Source of the DNA: Marinifilum sp.
GTDB lineage: Bacteria > UBA9089 > CG2-30-40-21
NCBI GenBank assembly: GCA_020717845.1
Contig: DYDG01000002.1
Coordinates: forward strand, 1 to 53,488
Length of the DNA stretch: 53,488 nt
Direction of reading: 5' to 3'
The first letter of the stretch is position 1, and each line of letters opens with the position of its first letter. A program made the position numbers and the translations under genes. Positions 48,810-53,488 of the stretch are shown here, piece after piece. The notes below the pieces were generated by a model, which was not told where the DNA came from, searched no databases, and saw only the letters and a program-made list of their open reading frames with translations.

Positions 48810-50012
48810 ATGTCAACACAACCAAAAACGGGGCCAAAAAAAATTGTTCTGGCTTATTCAGGCGGATTGGATACATCGGTGATGATCCAGTGGCTGAAGG
48901 AGCAGTATGATGCAGAGATCATTGCCTTTGCTGCTGATCTGGGGCAGGGTGAGGATCTGGAGCCTTTAAGACAAAAAGCGATTGCTACTGGTGCAAGTAA
49001 GATATATATCGAGGATCTCAAGCAAGAGTTTGTTCAAGACTATATCTTTCCTGCCCTTAAGGCAGATGCTGTCTATGAAAAAAAATACCTGTTAGCCACA
49101 GCCCTTTCAAGGCCGTTGATTGCTAAGAAATTGGTAGAAATAGCCAGACTTGAATCAGCAGATGCGGTTGCTCATGGGTGTACAGGTAAGGGAAACGATC
49201 AGGTCCGATTTGAGGTAGGCATCTCTACCCTTGCCCCGGAGATTCAGATCCTTGCTCCGGCCAGGGGATGGGAGTTTAAGTCAAGAGAGGAAGAGATGGA
49301 GTATGCTCAGAAGCATAATATCCCTGTTTCAGTGAAAAAAGGCAGTCTTTATAGCATTGATAAAAACCTCTGGGGAATAAGTGTGGAGTGCGGGGTTATC
49401 GAAAACCCTGCCATTGAGCCGCCGGATGACAGCTATCAAGTAGTTGCTCCTGTAAACAATACGCCTGATACACCTGAATATGTGGAGATAGAGTTTGAGG
49501 CAGGTGTGCCAGTGGGTATGAATGGTGAACGAATGAACCCTGTAGAGCTTATCACGAGATTAAATACACTTGGCGGCAAACACGGTGTGGGCAGGGTAGA
49601 TATGGTGGAAAACAGGATCGTAGGGATTAAGTCCAGAGAGGTCTATGAAGCACCTGGGGCATATATCCTGCATGAGGCACATTGGGCACTTCAGGCTCTG
49701 ATTCTGGATCGTGAATGCAGCCATTTTAAGGAAATGGTGGCTTTGAGGTATGCAGAGTTGATATATTATGGGCTGTGGTGGACCCCATTGAAAAAAGCAC
49801 TGGATGCTTTTGTGGAGACAACACAGGCTAATGTTACTGGCATGGTCCGGTTGCGGCTATACAAGGGCACGGTAAGTATTGCTGGCAGAACATCCCCATT
49901 TTCTCTATACAGCTATAAAATGGCTACCTATGATGCGGCCGATGCCTTTGATCATCAAGCAGCAGAAGGCTTTGTGAAAATATGGGGGCTGCCGTATAAA
50001 TATATGCCATGA
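48810..50012 (+). CDS. argG: Argininosuccinate synthase
   Basis: LAYSGGLDTS, HGCTGKGNDQVRFE and ENRIVGIKSREVYEAP; ATG at 48810 with ggagg RBS. Confidence 0.98.
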   Translation: MSTQPKTGPKKIVLAYSGGLDTSVMIQWLKEQYDAEIIAFAADLGQGEDLEPLRQKAIATGASKIYIEDLKQEFVQDYIFPALKADAVYEKKYLLATALSRPLIAKKLVEIARLESADAVAHGCTGKGNDQVRFEVGISTLAPEIQILAPARGWEFKSREEEMEYAQKHNIPVSVKKGSLYSIDKNLWGISVECGVIENPAIEPPDDSYQVVAPVNNTPDTPEYVEIEFEAGVPVGMNGERMNPVELITRLNTLGGKHGVGRVDMVENRIVGIKSREVYEAPGAYILHEAHWALQALILDRECSHFKEMVALRYAELIYYGLWWTPLKKALDAFVETTQANVTGMVRLRLYKGTVSIAGRTSPFSLYSYKMATYDAADAFDHQAAEGFVKIWGLPYKYMP

Positions 50013-50158
50013 TATGGATAAGCCAGAAGTAAATAGGTGATCAGTGATCGGTAAGAGGTAATCATGTAGCAGATTGATCACCAGTGTTGCATAGAGTTGT
50101 AGGATGGGTGCTAACTCATCTATCCCATCTGTATACGTCGTTATGTTTGACGCATGTA

Positions 50159-50186
50159 GTAGAGACGCAAGATGTTGCGTCTCTAC
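50159..50186. repeat. GTAG-type REP palindrome
   Basis: gtagagacgcaagatgttgcgtctctac, preceded by cgcatgta as at 24263. Confidence 0.75.
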
Positions 50187-50340
50187 GTTGGAAAAAGACA
50201 AGGAGCAAGGAGACGAAAGCTGCCAGCGAGTGGAGAGAAAACAGCGGTGGCAGGAATCATTGCCCCACCAAAGAAGCTGATGCAGCAATTCTCAATAGTA
50301 GGGCAAGCATCCTTGCTTGCCTTTGTGTGCCCCAAAATAA

Positions 50341-50549
50341 GGTGGTGTCTGAGAATAGCTTAGCTTGTTAGTTGTCGGATAATTTCTGCCACAAAGGCAC
50401 TAAGACACGAAGGTTCTCTAAGACATATCTTATAAAATTATCCGTTCTTTCCGTTCTTAATGAGTGCTTTAAAATTTTCTTTGTGCATCTTAGTGCCTTA
50501 GTGCCTTTGTGCCTTTGTGGCAAACTTTTAGCTAATTTCAGACACCACC
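50341..50549. mobile_element. MITE-like element with 20-bp terminal inverted repeats
   Basis: ggtggtgtctgagaatagct / agctaatttcagacaccacc (18 of 20 match), with inner inverted ccacaaaggcactaag / cttagtgcctttgt octamers. Confidence 0.65.
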
Positions 50550-50569
50550 GTTTTTTCTTATTGAACCGC

Positions 50570-50652
50570 CTTGAGCAAGTAAAACCACAAGCAGGATGCT
50601 TGTGATACTAAAGTAAGTCAAGCTTCCAGCTTGACAGGTAGGAGATACCACA
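50570..50652. repeat. About 85-bp dispersed repeat, copy 2
   Basis: Homologous to 40406-40490. Confidence 0.8.
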
Positions 50653-50732
50653 GCACTGTTTCACTGCTAAAGTGCCAATGGTGGCAAAAAACTTGAACAT
50701 CGAGTTATAGCGAAGCAATAAAGAGGTGTTGA

Positions 50733-51122
50733 ATGGATGTCAAAGAAAAGATAGAATATTGGCTTGATATTTCTTGCTATGATATGGACACTGCAGAGGC
50801 AATGCAAAGAAGTGGAAGATACCTGTATGCTGTTTTTATGTGTCAGCAAGCCATAGAGAAGCTATTAAAAACTCTTCATATTCAAAAGCTTGGGACAGAG
50901 TCCCCTTTTTCTCATAATTTGGTTTACCTCCAGAGCTTGCTTGATATTAGTCCTGATAAATCCTATTTAGAATCAATGGCAGAGTTGACTGCCTATTACC
51001 TGGAAGGACGGTACCCTACTTATAAGCAGAAACTCTCTTCGTTAATCACTCAAGAGAAGGCAGAAGATATTTTGAAGAAAACAAAGGAAATATTTCAATG
51101 GTTAATATCTCTCCTGAAATAA
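50733..51122 (+). CDS. HEPN domain protein
   Basis: FMCQQAIEKLLK, SHNL and GRYP motifs; paired with an MNT gene. Confidence 0.9.
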   Translation: MDVKEKIEYWLDISCYDMDTAEAMQRSGRYLYAVFMCQQAIEKLLKTLHIQKLGTESPFSHNLVYLQSLLDISPDKSYLESMAELTAYYLEGRYPTYKQKLSSLITQEKAEDILKKTKEIFQWLISLLK

Positions 51123-51430
51123 GAAAGGCTATTATGAGTTATATTGGTGAAATAAATAATATCTGTTCAATAGATAAGGCTATTGTCTTTGGATCATATG
51201 CCTCAGGACATCATTCTCTAAATAGTGATATTGATATAGCCATATTTTCCAGAGAGATTAACGATAATAACCGTCTGGAATTTACAAAAACCTTCTTTAT
51301 GAAGATTGATAAGTATAAATTGGATATTCAACCTTTAGCTTTTGCTTTGACTGACCTTATGAATGAGAATAATGACTTTATTATTAATGAAATAAAAAAT
51401 AAGGGGATAGAAATATATAGTCGGGGTTAA
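51098..51430 (+). CDS. Minimal nucleotidyltransferase (MNT), partner of the HEPN protein
   Basis: FGSYASG...SDIDIAI motif. Confidence 0.9.
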   Translation: MVNISPEIRKAIMSYIGEINNICSIDKAIVFGSYASGHHSLNSDIDIAIFSREINDNNRLEFTKTFFMKIDKYKLDIQPLAFALTDLMNENNDFIINEIKNKGIEIYSRG

Positions 51431-51479
51431 AACTATACATAGTACCTCATGACATTTAATCTTAGGGGTAGGGTGGGCA

Positions 51480-51784
51480 AAGGCAAGTATTTAGGGAAAA
51501 CAACACCAGTTGGAAGTTATCCGCCCAATGCCTTTGGGCTTTATGATATGCATGGCAATGTTTGGGAGTGGTGTTCTGATTGGTATGGAGAAAAGTACTA
51601 CGATGAGTGCAAGGAACAGGGGGTTGCAGAGAATCCTGAGGGGCCGGAAACCGGTTCGCACCGTGTGCTGCGCGGCGGTAGCTGGGGCGACTTTGCCATG
51701 CCCTGCCGCTGTGCGTCTCGCCACTACTACAGCCCGGGCTACCGCGGCGGCACTATCGGTTTCCGCCTGGTCTTCGTCCCGTAG
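51480..51784 (+). pseudogene. 3' fragment of an FGE-sulfatase (SUMF1/C-type lectin fold) gene with a DGR-like variable region
   Basis: PNAFGLYDMHGNVWEWCSDWY...RVLRGGSW...GFRLV. The 5' part is missing and the ORF start is supplied by the inverted repeat. Confidence 0.85.
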
Positions 51785-51905
51785 TCAGTTGGCGGTTGTT
51801 CGACTTTACCTATGAGCATACGAGTTGTTTGAACGGAAGGAGTGGGAGCGGAGGGACGAAGCGACCGACGAGTGGAGTGAATTAACCAAAGAGGAGGATA
51901 AAACT

Positions 51906-52259
51906 ATGGGCGTTACTTATGTTGAAGGCCAGGTGAAAGGGTTGGCGGGTAAACAAGAAAATGTGAAATTTCTTGTTGATAGTGGAGCAACTTACTCACT
52001 TTTACCTAAAGCTGTGTGGGAAACAGTTGGATTGGAGCCTAAACGGAAATTATCTTTCACCCTTGCTGATGGTACCACAATTGAGAGATCGGTGTCCGAA
52101 GCTTTTGTTGTCTTTCCACAAGGAGAAGCTCATACACCAGTAATTTTGGGCGAAGAAGGCGATGAAGCATTGTTAGGTGTAGTTACCTTAGAAATTTTGG
52201 GTCTTGTATTGAATCCTTTTGATCGCACCCTTCATCCTATGCATATGTTGTTGTGTTGA
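51906..52259 (+). CDS. Clan AA (retropepsin-like) aspartic protease
   Basis: FLVDSGA catalytic motif, TLADG and ALLGVVTLE; ATG at 51906 with gaggagg RBS. Confidence 0.88.
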   Translation: MGVTYVEGQVKGLAGKQENVKFLVDSGATYSLLPKAVWETVGLEPKRKLSFTLADGTTIERSVSEAFVVFPQGEAHTPVILGEEGDEALLGVVTLEILGLVLNPFDRTLHPMHMLLC

Positions 52260-52408
52260 TTAAAAAGGTGTAGCTGATGGAAATAGATTGGTGGGCAATG
52301 CCCACCCTACCCCTAAGATTAAATGTTATGAGGTAGTGGTGTTGTGTCAACCATCAATTACTTACCTTCTCCTCTACCTGACTACTTCTTAAAAGCAGGT
52401 GTTTGTTC

Positions 52409-53386
52409 ATGAATAAACTCAAATGGCTTGGCTTATTTATCAGTGCTGTCCTATTGGGGTTGATCGTCTGGAAGATAGATATAGCCACCTTTGGGAAATG
52501 CTTGATTGGGCTAAATTATCCTGTTCTCATAGCCGGGGTATTGGTCTACCTTCTGGGCTATGCAGTCAGGGCTGTCAGGTGGTACTATCTGTTATCCCAC
52601 GCCAAAAAGATAAGGTTTAGCAGCCTGCTCAGCATCATGATTATTGGATTCATGGCAAACAATGTCCTGCCGGCAAGGGCTGGGGAGTTTGTGCGGGCAT
52701 ACATGCTGGGGATAAAGGAATCTCAGAGCAAGAGCCTTGCCTTAGCAACAGTGGTTATGGAAAGGATTCTTGATGGGCTGGTATTTGTTTTCTTGCTCAT
52801 TATCATCTGGCTGTTCTTCCCTCTGCCTGAATGGATAAAGACAACAGGGATCTTTGCCGCAGCCATCTTTGGGTGTGCCATTTTATTTATGTTCTGGCTT
52901 CACTCCTATAAACTTCATGCCTTAGAATTATTTCGCAAATTTTTTTCATGGCTGCCTCAAAAACTATTGGATAAGATAATCTATCTGCTTAAATACTTTA
53001 TCGAAGGTTTGCAGGTTCTTCAAAGCAAAAAGGATTTTTTAAGGGTTTGCCTGCTTTCGTTGATTACCTGGGGTATAGAATTGGGGATGTACTACCTCAC
53101 CATCCTCTCCTTTGGCATAAATCTGCCCTTTTATGGAATAGTCCTTCTCATGGTTATGGTTAATCTCTGTATCATGATCCCTTCAGCTCCAGCCTATATT
53201 GGTGTATTTCAGGTTGCGGTATTGGGTGTCCTGTGTAAATGCTTTATGCTTGAATATAACTTAGCCTTATCTGTCTCTGTTGTTCTTCATGGGATTATTG
53301 TTATTCCAGTGACGATACTTGGGTTTATCTTTATGGCAAGAGAGCATATGTCGCTTGCAGGAATAATTAAGCAGACTAAAAGTTAA
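52409..53386 (+). CDS. Lysylphosphatidylglycerol synthase TM / flippase-like protein (UPF0104)
   Basis: RAVRWYYLL, NNVLPARAGEFVRA, ERILD and PSAPAYIG; multiple TM helices. Confidence 0.9.
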   Translation: MNKLKWLGLFISAVLLGLIVWKIDIATFGKCLIGLNYPVLIAGVLVYLLGYAVRAVRWYYLLSHAKKIRFSSLLSIMIIGFMANNVLPARAGEFVRAYMLGIKESQSKSLALATVVMERILDGLVFVFLLIIIWLFFPLPEWIKTTGIFAAAIFGCAILFMFWLHSYKLHALELFRKFFSWLPQKLLDKIIYLLKYFIEGLQVLQSKKDFLRVCLLSLITWGIELGMYYLTILSFGINLPFYGIVLLMVMVNLCIMIPSAPAYIGVFQVAVLGVLCKCFMLEYNLALSVSVVLHGIIVIPVTILGFIFMAREHMSLAGIIKQTKS

Positions 53387-53395
53387 GATAACTAC

Positions 53396-53424
53396 TTGAC
53401 TGCTAAGGCATGAGATGGTATAAT
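53396..53424 (+). promoter_or_regulatory. Sigma70-type promoter for a feature beyond the window
   Basis: TTGACT-17 nt-TATAAT. Confidence 0.65.
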
Positions 53425-53488
53425 ATGTATATCTCGATGTTCAAGGTTTTTGTGGCTCATAGGAACCACCAGTCCAGAACGGTAAAAT

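Larger units (their letters stand above)
51443..52335. mobile_element. Cargo cassette bounded by 37-bp inverted repeats
   Basis: tacctcatgacatttaatcttaggggtagggtgggca (51443-51479) and its reverse complement at 52299-52335 match at 36 of 37 positions. Confidence 0.75.

Noticed and set aside
50084-50605. Three short plus-strand ORFs
   Set aside because: They are translations of REP and MITE-like repeats with no protein motif.
51449-51900. Complete diversity-generating retroelement
   Set aside because: No reverse transcriptase, avd or template repeat in the window; only a variable-region-like segment is supported.

Overview
53.5 kb of bacterial chromosome, roughly 40% GC by eye. The gene content and dense short palindromic repeats suggest an uncultured candidate-phylum lineage, but taxonomy cannot be established from this window. 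A housekeeping scaffold (valS, pfkA-family, pth, ftsI-like PBP, ruvB, argG, ogt, a nucleotide-sugar dehydrogenase, four tRNAs, a 2880-aa FN3 surface protein, YfhO, a radical SAM enzyme) is punctuated by mostly AT-rich accessory and defence inserts. These are: (1) an unusual R-M-like operon with a double-methyltransferase protein, a methyltransferase-Mrr nuclease fusion and an HNH gene with an attC-like site; (2) an uncharacterised three-gene cassette of wHTH-inserted PD-(D/E)XK protein, Ser/Thr kinase and 402-aa unknown, the best candidate for a new defence system; (3) a type II R-M locus with a RadC-N/methyltransferase fusion; (4) a stand-alone 1.74-kaa BrxC/DUF6079-like ATPase fused to a PglZ-like phosphatase; (5) PIN and HEPN/MNT toxin-antitoxin pairs; (6) a 37-bp inverted-repeat-bounded cassette carrying a DGR-type variable region and an aspartyl protease. 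Several REP/MITE-like repeat families occur, two of them inserted in frame inside protein genes. No CRISPR array, integrase, transposase or reverse transcriptase was seen. All family assignments come from motif recognition by eye, not database searches.
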